DNA of 41,758 bases, taken from positions 1-41,758 of the forward strand of contig JAYVVY010000140.1 of NCBI GenBank assembly GCA_043786575.1, written 5' to 3'. The notes beneath the pieces are model-generated. The model worked only from the letters and a program-made list of their open reading frames with translations. It was not told the origin of the DNA and searched no databases. The DNA comes from Ilumatobacteraceae bacterium (GTDB lineage Bacteria > Actinomycetota > Acidimicrobiia > Acidimicrobiales > Ilumatobacteraceae). The position numbers were made by a program, and so were the translations under genes. Below are positions 27,359-36,807 of the stretch, piece after piece. The first letter of the stretch is position 1, and every line of letters begins with the position of its first letter.

Positions 27359-27915
27359 TGCTGAGCATGCTGACGGAGGCTGGGCTTGGCCTCGACAACG
27401 ACACGCTCCGGCTGGAGCGGACAACCCAGGAGTGGGTCGATGGCGGCGTGCGGCTGAGAGACCACCTCGCTGATCTACTCGCCAACCAGGTGGCCGACGT
27501 GCAACAGATCGGCTCGTCCTCGGTAGTCGATCTGTTGGCCAAGCCGATCATCGACATTGCCATCGGCCTTGCTAGCGAAGACGACTTGCACCTCGTTCAC
27601 GAAAGCCTGGTGGGCGCTGGGTGGATCTACCGAGGCGACGCCGGCGTCAGCGGCGGCCACGTGTTTGTGTTGGAGTCGAAACCCGGCCACCGCGTCGCTC
27701 ACGCCCACGTGGTCGGCCACCAAAGTGAACAGTGGCTCAACTACCTGCGGCTGCGCGATCTGTTGCGACAAGACCCAGCAGCCCGCGCCAGATACGAAGC
27801 CGTCAAGCAAAAACTGGCCAGCCAAGTTGGAGATGACCGAGTGGCCTACACCGACGGCAAGACCAGCATCGTCCACCAGCTGCTCCAGGAAGCCGAGGCC
27901 GCGACGAACAAGTAG
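27358..27915 (+). CDS. GrpB family protein (nucleotidyltransferase-fold, UPF0157)
   Basis: 185 aa. GrpB hallmarks are IGSSSVVDLLAKPIIDI, HAHVV and LRLRDLLRQDPAARARYEAVKQKLA. Its ATG (27358-27360) overlaps the mazF TGA (27356-27358) by 1 nt. Confidence 0.85.
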   Translation: MLSMLTEAGLGLDNDTLRLERTTQEWVDGGVRLRDHLADLLANQVADVQQIGSSSVVDLLAKPIIDIAIGLASEDDLHLVHESLVGAGWIYRGDAGVSGGHVFVLESKPGHRVAHAHVVGHQSEQWLNYLRLRDLLRQDPAARARYEAVKQKLASQVGDDRVAYTDGKTSIVHQLLQEAEAATNK

Positions 27916-27932
27916 CAAGTACCTCGCAGTCC

Positions 27933-28010
27933 ACGCGTCCGCGGACACGCCGATCGACGGTCTTCGGAACTCTGTCATTCCCCTTACTACGCTGGTCGAG
28001 CGAGCTCGAC
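27933..28010 (+). repeat. structured repeat, copy B (degenerate hairpin acgcgtccgcggacacg, spacer, core CCCCTTACTACGCTGGTCGAGCGAGCTCGAC)
   Basis: Hand alignment to copies A and C. The hairpin starts 18 nt after the grpB stop. Confidence 0.7.
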
Positions 28011-28127
28011 TTTGACGATCGCGCGAACCCGAGACGCCAAGCACGGGATCGCAAGGTGGGAGGATGGTCGTGCTGGGTGCCGAGGTAGATGGTTTCTAGT
28101 GACCCCGTGCTTCCCCGCTGGTGGCCG

Positions 28128-28577
28128 TCACGGTCGTGTGTTGCGACGGGCGGGTTCGAGAGCGATGACGTAGTCGGCCAGGCGGGCGGCTACTTCGATG
28201 GCTTCGTCGATGTCGGGCGCTTCGGTGGCGGGCCACACTTCCGAGACTCGTCGCCAGCCGGCGCGGCCGATGAAGTCGCCGGCGACCGCAGCCTCACCAA
28301 GCGTCTTGCGCCACTTCTTCTCCGTGGTCCGCATTCGCCGCAGCACCTCGTCGTTCAGCGCAGCCTTCGGATGCTCGGCGTGGAAGCCGACCTCCAATTG
28401 CAATGCACCCTCCACGCGGATCAGCTGTGCCTCGTAGTGCTCACGAGTGTCGTCGTCGAACCACGCCTTCACACCGCGGCTGTGCACATACGTGTTGCGC
28501 TGCCCCTCCACGCCCGAGACGAAACCCTCGAACGCATCGCGCACTGTCTCGAAGAACCCCTGATCCACAGCCTGCAC
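28128..28577 (-). CDS. hypothetical protein (orphan, no family recognised)
   Basis: 149 aa with protein-like composition: (GTG)QAVDQGFFETVRDAFEGFVSGVEGQRNTYVHSRGVKAWFDDDTREHYEAQLIRVEGALQLEVGFHAEHP...KKWRKTLGE...IEVAARLADYVIALEP. The reading frame stays open upstream into repeat copy C, as far as a TAG in the core. Confidence 0.6.
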   Translation of the reverse strand: MQAVDQGFFETVRDAFEGFVSGVEGQRNTYVHSRGVKAWFDDDTREHYEAQLIRVEGALQLEVGFHAEHPKAALNDEVLRRMRTTEKKWRKTLGEAAVAGDFIGRAGWRRVSEVWPATEAPDIDEAIEVAARLADYVIALEPARRNTRP

Positions 28578-28617
28578 GTTACAGATCGGTCCGCCCGGCG
28601 TCTTCGGGCACGTTGGA

Positions 28618-28695
28618 GTCGAGCTCGCTCGACCAGCCTAGTGAGGGGGTCTCACATGGTTCCCTGGGTGGAAACCCACGCGTCCGCGGACGCGT
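28618..28695 (-). repeat. structured repeat, copy C (perfect 18-nt palindrome ACGCGTCCGCGGACGCGT at 28678-28695, GGAACCATGT, core CCCCTCACTAGGCTGGTCGAGCGAGCTCGAC on the minus strand)
   Basis: Hand alignment to A and B. The palindrome lies 10 nt downstream of the gpmI stop, so it may double as its terminator. Confidence 0.7.
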
Positions 28696-28704
28696 CGCAC
28701 GAGA

Positions 28705-30348
<1,644 letters not shown>

Positions 30349-30366
30349 GTCATGGAGTGTACGGAG

Positions 30367-31659
30367 CTAATGAGCAGCGGCTTCGATGAGGTCGGCGGCG
30401 CGCACCGTGCCGTTGCGGCTGCGAATCACGGCTGCGCTGGCGGCCATGCGGGTGTGCAAGTCCGTGTCGGTCAACAGCCGATCGACGGCACCCGTGAGTT
30501 CTTCGTCAGCGAACCCGTAGGTGTCCAAGCGAACGCCGTAACCCAGCTCGTGCACTCGCTGCGCGTTGTCGTATTGGTCCCAAAACAGCGGCAACACGAT
30601 CATCGGCTTGCCGAAGTGGAAGGCCTCGGTGGTCGTGTTGTTGCCGCCATGCGTGATGACCAGATCGACGTGGGGTAGCACATTGGTCTGCGGCACCTGC
30701 GCCGCGCCCCACATGTTGTCGGGCAGGTCGTACTCGTCGGCCAAGGGCCCCTTGGAGACGATATAGCGGTGGCGAGTAGTGCCCAGCACGGCCACCAAGC
30801 GGCGCATGAGGTCAACGTCTGCGCTACCCAACGAACCGAGCGAGAGGTACACCAGCTTGCTGGCCGGGTCGCTGCTAGTGGCAATCGATGCCGGCACTTC
30901 GAAGGGCGCGTCAGTGGCCCGTACCGACGAGTCCAGGCGGTGCCACGTGTTACCCAGCGCACGACGGCCGGTGTAGTCGGCTACCTCCGGGTAGAGGTAC
31001 AGGTTGAGGTCGCCTTCATGCACAAATTCGAGGTCGGCCAGCGCTGGCGCGCCGCACGACTGCACCCATTCGTTGTACGTCGCCCACATCTCGCGATGGG
31101 TGCGGTCGTACTCCTCGTTGAACGCGGCCCACTGCGACCGGTCGTCGCTGGCATACCCACTGAACAATGGCGGGATGTCCGGCCCCTTCATCTCCAGCGG
31201 CTGGCAGCTGACCGAGCGTACAAATGGCACGCCAGCAGTGACGAGCGCGGGAAACGCGTTGACGTTGTCCTCGATGATCACGTCCGGGCGTTGGCGTTCG
31301 ATGATCTCCAGTAGCTGCGGCTGGCAGTACATCGCCCCGTCGATCAGCGCCTGCCATGTCGGCTGAATGAACCCCGTGAGCTGCTCGATGGTTGGCTGAC
31401 GGAACACCGGTGCGGTGTCGCGGATGAAGTCAATCCAGAATTGGCCAGCAGCTTCGGCCGGCGCATGCGGTTCGACCTCGACCGGCGCGGCGAGATGGAC
31501 GAGGTCTTCGACAAACCCGAGCGTCTCCAGCCGGCCCTCCCAGCTGGCCTCGGCAGCGAAGATCACCGTGTGGCCGCGCTGGCGCAGGATGTTGCCCACG
31601 CCGATGCAGTTGTTGGTCGGACCGTACGCACTTTCCGGCATGAAGAGGAACCTGGCCAT
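30367..31659 (-). CDS. GT1 glycosyltransferase, MGT/UDP-glycosyltransferase family
   Basis: 430 aa. It has the N-terminal FMPESAYGPTNNCIGVG and the UDPGT-type donor-binding signature ITHGGNNTTTEAFHFGKPMIVLPLFWDQYDNAQRV. Confidence 0.88.
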   Translation of the reverse strand: MARFLFMPESAYGPTNNCIGVGNILRQRGHTVIFAAEASWEGRLETLGFVEDLVHLAAPVEVEPHAPAEAAGQFWIDFIRDTAPVFRQPTIEQLTGFIQPTWQALIDGAMYCQPQLLEIIERQRPDVIIEDNVNAFPALVTAGVPFVRSVSCQPLEMKGPDIPPLFSGYASDDRSQWAAFNEEYDRTHREMWATYNEWVQSCGAPALADLEFVHEGDLNLYLYPEVADYTGRRALGNTWHRLDSSVRATDAPFEVPASIATSSDPASKLVYLSLGSLGSADVDLMRRLVAVLGTTRHRYIVSKGPLADEYDLPDNMWGAAQVPQTNVLPHVDLVITHGGNNTTTEAFHFGKPMIVLPLFWDQYDNAQRVHELGYGVRLDTYGFADEELTGAVDRLLTDTDLHTRMAASAAVIRSRNGTVRAADLIEAAAH

Positions 31660-31701
31660 CCCCCGTTTCTAGCCGATGATCGCTGGCTAGTGTCGCGTTC
31701 G

Positions 31702-32676
31702 ATGGTCACATCAGGAACATCCGAAGCGGTGGCCTCCCGGCTTGTCGGCCGGCCGCTCACGGGCGAGCGAGCGATCACCGTCGACCAGACCAACCAGAGC
31801 GTCATCGTCGGTGATGAGGTAGTGGTGAAGTGGTTGCTGCCGCCGGTGCTGGCGCCTCATCCGGGCGTCGAGTTGCTGCACCACCTGGCAGCTCGCGGGT
31901 TTGGCGAGATGCCTCGCTTCCTCGGTGTCGAGCAACGCGACGAGATGGTGTTCGCGGTAGCGACCGAGTACCTGCCCGGCGCACTCGACGGGTGGGACTG
32001 GTTCGTCGACGATGTGGACGCGTGGCTGCAGGGTTCGATCACGTTGGACGCGGTGGTGGCATGGGCGACACAAATGGGTTCGCTGGCGTCGACACTTCAC
32101 GCAGCGCTCTCGGATCTGCAACGAGGTGCGGTCGCGGCGCGCACCTATCACCTGCAAGCGGTCGATCGACTCGACGACGCACTGCGGATTGTGCATGGTG
32201 ACGAGGGTCGGCTGTTGCTGGAAATGGCGCCAGCGGTTCGGAGTGCGCTGGCCCCGTTGGACAGTGGCGAGGTCCTGGCCGCGCATCGTATTCACGGCGA
32301 CCTTCATGCTGGCCAGTTTCTCCGTGCCGACGACCGTGTGGTCATTACCGACTTCGACGGCAACCCATTGTCGGATAGCGCAGAGCGTCGGCTGCCTCAG
32401 TCACCGCTGATCGACGTCGCCTCGATGGTCCAGTCCATCGACCACGTGGGCCGCATCGTGGTCAAGCGTCGCCACGCCGGCCGTGGCGCTGACGTCGACG
32501 AGTTCATCGCCGTCGCCGTTGACGCAGCGCTCGCGGCCTATGGCCCCGTCAATCGCGAACTGCTGTATGCGCTACGCGTCGCCCAAGAGCTCCACGAGTA
32601 CTGCTACGCCGCCACACACCTACCGCGCTGGATGTACGTCCCAGCCGCCGCCCTCCCCGCGCTGCTCACCCGCTAA
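31702..32676 (+). CDS. maltokinase-like (Mak/Pep2 fold) sugar kinase, short form; possible actinobacterial glucosamine-kinase-type enzyme
   Basis: Start at ATG 31702 (GTG 31690 is an alternative). The ORF-track start at 31441 overlaps the divergent GT gene. Mak-like motifs: VDQTNQSVIV, IHGDLHAGQFLR, ITDFDGNPL, SPLIDVASMVQSIDH and the C-terminal YCYAATHLPRWMYVP. Confidence 0.75.
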   Translation: MVTSGTSEAVASRLVGRPLTGERAITVDQTNQSVIVGDEVVVKWLLPPVLAPHPGVELLHHLAARGFGEMPRFLGVEQRDEMVFAVATEYLPGALDGWDWFVDDVDAWLQGSITLDAVVAWATQMGSLASTLHAALSDLQRGAVAARTYHLQAVDRLDDALRIVHGDEGRLLLEMAPAVRSALAPLDSGEVLAAHRIHGDLHAGQFLRADDRVVITDFDGNPLSDSAERRLPQSPLIDVASMVQSIDHVGRIVVKRRHAGRGADVDEFIAVAVDAALAAYGPVNRELLYALRVAQELHEYCYAATHLPRWMYVPAAALPALLTR

Positions 32677-32725
32677 CAGGGTGTTAGCGGGTCGACGGAG
32701 CCGATGCGTGTGACAGGCTGGGCGC

Positions 32726-33679
32726 GTGAAGGCTGCGGAGTTTCTTGAGGATTTGGAGGCAAAGCCGACATGGTTGCGCGGCCTGGCCGAGCGATTGCCG
32801 TCGATCAGGTGGCCAGTCGACACGGGCGGGCAATTCGTGCTGGCCGGCATGGGCTCGTCGTGGTTCGCCGCTGAGACCGCTGCTCGGCGGATGCGACGCT
32901 ACCGAGTGAACGTCGTTGCCGATCTGGCCTCCGTGGAAGCGAGCTACCCGGCCGATCCGAACTTGACCGTTGTGGGAATCACGGCATCGGGTAAAAGCAA
33001 GGAGACGCTGGAGCTCCTCCGTGCGCATCACGGCACCAGCCAGACCATCGCTCTGACCAACACGCCCGACGCCGAGCTACCCGCCGACGCGACGATGCAA
33101 ATGCATGCGGGCGTCGAGGCCGGTGGCGTTGCCTGCCGTAGCTACCTCCACACGTTGGTCATGTTGTTGCATTTGCAACATCAGCTCACTGGCACAGTGC
33201 CTGATCTGGCGGAGAAGGTGAACGCCGCGGCCGACGCGGCGACCGCGCTCTTGGACAGCAGGGACGAATGGCTGCCGACGGTGCACACAATGCTGGGCGG
33301 CCCCAACGGCTCCTGGTTGATGGCCCCGGCTGAGCGCCTCAGCAGCTCGTTGCAGGGTGCGCTGATGCTGCGCGAGGGCCCGCGCCGCGCCGCCGACGGG
33401 TGTGAAACGGGCGACTGGAACCACGTCGACGTGTACCTCACCAAGACCCTTGACTACCGAGCCCTCGTTTTCACCGGCTCCCGTTTCGATGCCGACGCGG
33501 TGCAGTGGATGCGCGAGCGCAAGAGCACGTTCGTCGCCGTCGGCGGGCACCTGCCCGGAGCCTCCTATGAGCTGCGCTACCCCGGCGACGACGAGCCGCT
33601 GGTGGCGCTGCTGACGGAAGTGTTGGTCGCCGAGTTGGTGGCCGCTCACTGGTGGCTGCAGGACCGAGCGAAACACTGA
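32726..33679 (+). CDS. SIS-domain sugar-phosphate isomerase/deaminase-like protein (two SIS halves, GlmS C-terminal/FrlB/AgaS-like)
   Basis: 317 aa with the SIS phosphosugar loop LAGMGSSWFAAETAA, ITASGKSKETL and a second SIS-like half. Confidence 0.8.
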   Translation: MKAAEFLEDLEAKPTWLRGLAERLPSIRWPVDTGGQFVLAGMGSSWFAAETAARRMRRYRVNVVADLASVEASYPADPNLTVVGITASGKSKETLELLRAHHGTSQTIALTNTPDAELPADATMQMHAGVEAGGVACRSYLHTLVMLLHLQHQLTGTVPDLAEKVNAAADAATALLDSRDEWLPTVHTMLGGPNGSWLMAPAERLSSSLQGALMLREGPRRAADGCETGDWNHVDVYLTKTLDYRALVFTGSRFDADAVQWMRERKSTFVAVGGHLPGASYELRYPGDDEPLVALLTEVLVAELVAAHWWLQDRAKH

Positions 33680-33691
33680 GCCACTAGCGTC

Positions 33692-35377
33692 GTGGCTGTG
33701 ACTACTGGCTACGCATTCGACCGATTCCTGCGCTACGACGAACTGACAAGCTGGCTGCACGAGACCGCTGCGGCGCACCCCGAGCTGATGATCGTCGAGT
33801 CGTACGGCCACTCGTTCGAGGGACGCGACCTGTGGCTGGCCACCATCACCGACACCTCGACGGGCGCGCATGACACCAAGCCAGCGCACTGGGTCGACGC
33901 CAACATCCATGCGGTGGAGGTCACTGGCGGTGTCGCCGCGCTGCACCTGATCGAGCACCTCGTCACCGGGTTCGGTACCGATCCGTTGGTCACAGCAGCG
34001 CTCAAGACCCGCACGTTCTACGTAGCGCCGCGGGTGAACCCCGACGGCGTCGAGTGGGTGCTGGCGGACAACCCAAAGTTCCGTCGTAGCAGCGTGCGCC
34101 CGTGGCCATGGCGCGACGGTCACGCGTCGCCGGGCCTGGACGAGCGCGACATCAACGGCGACGGTTCCATCCGCACTATGCGCGTCGTCGACCCCAATGG
34201 GGGCTGGATTGCCGCGGCAGACGAGCCGCGTCTCATGGTCCGCGTGCCCGCCGAAGGGGCGCCGGGCGTGCAGCGTTATCGGCTGCTCGCCGAGGGCGAT
34301 GTTGTTGATTATGACGGCTTCACTATCCCCACGCCCGCGCCGCCGGAGCGCCTGGATATGAACCGCAACTTCCCCGCCGGTTGGGGCACCGGCGTGTACG
34401 GCAGTGGCGACCATCCGCTCAGCGAGCCCGAGATCGACGCACTCGTGCGGGCGATCGTGGCCCATCGCAACATCTGTGGCTACAACGCCTACCACACGTC
34501 GGGCGGCGTGCTGCTGAGGCCAAGCAGCACTCGCTCGGACAGCGCGCTGTCACCTGTTGACGTGTGGATTTGGAAGCAATTGGGTGAGCGCGGCACCGCG
34601 CTCACCGGCTACACGGCGCATGGTCTGTTCGACGAGTTCACATGGGACAAGTCCGACCCGATGAGCGGCGCTGCGGACGATTGGGCCTACGACCACCTCG
34701 GCGTCTTTGGCTGGACCACTGAGTTCTGGGACGTGATCAAGGCCGCCACCGGCACCCGCGGCGGCAACGACATCTGGTACGTCGGCCCCACCGAAGCGCA
34801 GGAACTGGGCGTCTACCAATGGGCGGTTGCGAACCATCCTGAGGCCTATGCCGACTGGGTGCTGTTCGACCACCCGCAGCTTGGTTCGGTCGAGATCGGT
34901 GGTTGGGATGACATCTTCTTTTGGACGAACGCGCCGAGCACGATGCTGGCGGCGGAGGTGGCCCCCCATGCCGAGTTCGCGGTCTTCCATGCGATGTGCT
35001 CGCCGCGCATCGAGGTGCTCCACACCGAGGTGACGCCACTCGGCGGCAACGTTCATCGTGTGGATGTGGGTATCGCCAACACCGGCTGGCTGCCGACCTA
35101 CGTCACCGAGCTGGCCAAGAAGGATCGCCTCGTGCTGCCGTTGGTCGCCGAGCTGACTGGAGCGGAAGTTGTCCGCGGCTCAAGCGGCGGCCACTCCCGA
35201 CAGGAGCTCGGGCAACTCGCTGGTCGAGTCGCGCAACGTTTTCACGATGGGAAGAACGACGGCACGCCCGAGCGCGTGCTGGCGTCATGGGTGGTGCAGG
35301 GCGCCGCCGGCACCGAGGTGACGGTCGCGGTGAGCCACCAACGCGCCGGCAGCCAATCCATCACCCTCACGCTGTAA
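33692..35377 (+). CDS. M14 family zinc carboxypeptidase-like protein
   Basis: 561 aa. The N-terminal FLRYDELTSWLHETAAAHPELMIVESYGHSFEGRDLWLATI and the zinc motif WVDANIHAVEVTG (HxxE) are present. It starts 12 nt after the SIS gene stop. Confidence 0.82.
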   Translation: MAVTTGYAFDRFLRYDELTSWLHETAAAHPELMIVESYGHSFEGRDLWLATITDTSTGAHDTKPAHWVDANIHAVEVTGGVAALHLIEHLVTGFGTDPLVTAALKTRTFYVAPRVNPDGVEWVLADNPKFRRSSVRPWPWRDGHASPGLDERDINGDGSIRTMRVVDPNGGWIAAADEPRLMVRVPAEGAPGVQRYRLLAEGDVVDYDGFTIPTPAPPERLDMNRNFPAGWGTGVYGSGDHPLSEPEIDALVRAIVAHRNICGYNAYHTSGGVLLRPSSTRSDSALSPVDVWIWKQLGERGTALTGYTAHGLFDEFTWDKSDPMSGAADDWAYDHLGVFGWTTEFWDVIKAATGTRGGNDIWYVGPTEAQELGVYQWAVANHPEAYADWVLFDHPQLGSVEIGGWDDIFFWTNAPSTMLAAEVAPHAEFAVFHAMCSPRIEVLHTEVTPLGGNVHRVDVGIANTGWLPTYVTELAKKDRLVLPLVAELTGAEVVRGSSGGHSRQELGQLAGRVAQRFHDGKNDGTPERVLASWVVQGAAGTEVTVAVSHQRAGSQSITLTL

Positions 35378-35388
35378 GCCGTGAGGCT

Positions 35389-36621
35389 CTAGTCGAGCAT
35401 TGCCTGGTAAACCAGCTGCTTGAGTTGGCTGCGAATCGGGTGCACGCTGCTGGGCAGCAACTGGGTGAAGAACGACACGGTGAGATCGTCGACCGGGTCA
35501 ATCCAGAAGGCGGTGCTTGCCGCGCCGCCCCACGCGTACTCACCTGCATTGCCCAGTGAGCGACCCTTCACCGGGTCGATGGTAACGCTGACGCCGAGGC
35601 CGAACCCGACCCCGTCGAAGGTGCTCTCGCTGAACAGTGGCCGACCAAAGGCAGTGAGATCGGCGTTGTTCGGGAGGTGATTGGAGGACATCAACTTCAC
35701 GGTGCGCGGCGAGAGAATTCGCACGCCGTCGAGTTCGCCACCGTTCACCAACATCTGTGTGAAGCGGTGATAGTCGTAGGCGGTGCTCTGCAACCCGCCA
35801 CCACCGCCGAACACCTGCGGCGGGGTCAGCGCGCCGTCGCCCATGCCAGGAATCTGAAATGCCTGGCGGGTGCCCGGCATCGCGCCGTACAGCACTCCGA
35901 GGCGGTGGTGATTGGCTTCGGGCACGTGCCAGGTGGTCTCGTACATGCCCAGCGGCTCCAGCAACCGGGTGCGCATCAGCTCGTCGAGCGGCTGCCCGCT
36001 GACCACTTCCAGAATGCGTCCCAACACGTCGAGGCCCATCGAGTAGTTCCACTCGCGGCCCGGCTGGAACAGCAACGGCAGCTTGGCCAGGTTGTTGCAC
36101 ATCTCTTCCAGGTTGGCGCCGGGCGTGCCCCACTCGAAGCCGGCGAGTCGGTAGAGGTTGTCGACCGGGTGGCCATACATGAAGCCGTACGTGAGGCCCG
36201 CGGTGTGGGCGAACAGCTGCCAGACCTGCATGGTCTCGGTGATCGGCTCCAGCGCGGGTGCGTTCACGCTGCCGGCGCGCCACACCTTGGTGTCCTTGAA
36301 CGCGGGGATGTACCTGTGTACGGGATCTGTCAGCTCGAACTTGCCCTCCTCCAACAGCTGCAACGCGAGCACGGCAGTGATCGGTTTGGTCATCGAGAAG
36401 ATGCGCCAGATGGTGTCGGCCTCGACTGGTAGCGCGTGAGCGAGGTCGCGTTGGCCGGCGACGCTGTGGTGCACCACCTTGCCCTGGCGAGCGACCGCGA
36501 TCTGCCAGCCACTGAGCCGTCCATCGTCGATGTACTGCTGAAAGTGTGTGTCGATGCGAGCGAGCCGGTCGCTCGACATGCCGACCGATTCGGGTGCTGC
36601 GTCCTGCGCAAGTGCTGCCAT
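35389..36621 (-). CDS. serine hydrolase, beta-lactamase/transpeptidase-like (class C/esterase family)
   Basis: 410 aa with the SxxK motif in IFSMTKPITAVLALQLLEEG. Overall length and layout fit beta-lactamase-related serine hydrolases. Confidence 0.85.
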   Translation of the reverse strand: MAALAQDAAPESVGMSSDRLARIDTHFQQYIDDGRLSGWQIAVARQGKVVHHSVAGQRDLAHALPVEADTIWRIFSMTKPITAVLALQLLEEGKFELTDPVHRYIPAFKDTKVWRAGSVNAPALEPITETMQVWQLFAHTAGLTYGFMYGHPVDNLYRLAGFEWGTPGANLEEMCNNLAKLPLLFQPGREWNYSMGLDVLGRILEVVSGQPLDELMRTRLLEPLGMYETTWHVPEANHHRLGVLYGAMPGTRQAFQIPGMGDGALTPPQVFGGGGGLQSTAYDYHRFTQMLVNGGELDGVRILSPRTVKLMSSNHLPNNADLTAFGRPLFSESTFDGVGFGLGVSVTIDPVKGRSLGNAGEYAWGGAASTAFWIDPVDDLTVSFFTQLLPSSVHPIRSQLKQLVYQAMLD

Positions 36622-36624
36622 GCC

Positions 36625-36676
36625 CGGACGCTACCTGCGATGGTCAGAGCACGAGCGAGCCGGGAGCTTCCGAGAT
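36625..36676. repeat. direct repeat DR1 (52 nt), homologous to the vapC 3-prime end plus its downstream flank (DR2)
   Basis: By hand alignment, 42 of 52 positions are identical to 38040-38091. The shared blocks are CGGACGCT.CCTGCGATGGTCAG and AGCGAGCCGGG.GCTTC. Confidence 0.65.
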
Positions 36677-36745
36677 CTCCGCGAGGCGTGCCAGGGCCCC
36701 AACGACGCTCTTTTGGTCTGGTGTGACGCTTCGACGATCGCTCAT
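36644..36745 (-). pseudogene. vapC (PIN toxin) C-terminal remnant, 33 codons
   Basis: The minus-strand translation is MSDRRSVTPDQKSVVGALARLAEISEAPGSLVL*. The intact VapC C-terminus is ...HHDRDLTPLAVAAGIAEAPGSLSA*. The 13-20 nt after the stop are also conserved. Confidence 0.45.
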
Positions 36746-36807
36746 GGCGACGCACACAGGGTGACCGACGCGGGACGACCATCGGTGCCGCCCTACAGTG
36801 ACCGACG

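Larger units (their letters stand above)
27933..28695. mobile_element. putative non-autonomous cassette / MITE-like unit: inverted copies B and C of the structured repeat flanking one orphan ORF
   Basis: Copies B (+) and C (-) are inverted, with the palindromic hairpins outermost and the GTCGAGCGAGCTCGAC cores innermost. The unit is 763 nt. It sits exactly between the 3-prime ends of convergent grpB and gpmI. I saw no transposase and no clear target-site duplication. Confidence 0.35.

Noticed and set aside
26495-28695. Integron cassette array with attC sites
   Set aside because: I considered this because of the repeat-bounded small cassettes including a TA pair. However, no intI-like recombinase is in the window. 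The repeats form several local hairpins rather than one long imperfect attC bulged hairpin. I see no RYYYAAC/GTTRRRY core pair, and one copy is inverted. It is kept only as one of several hypotheses under the repeat finding.
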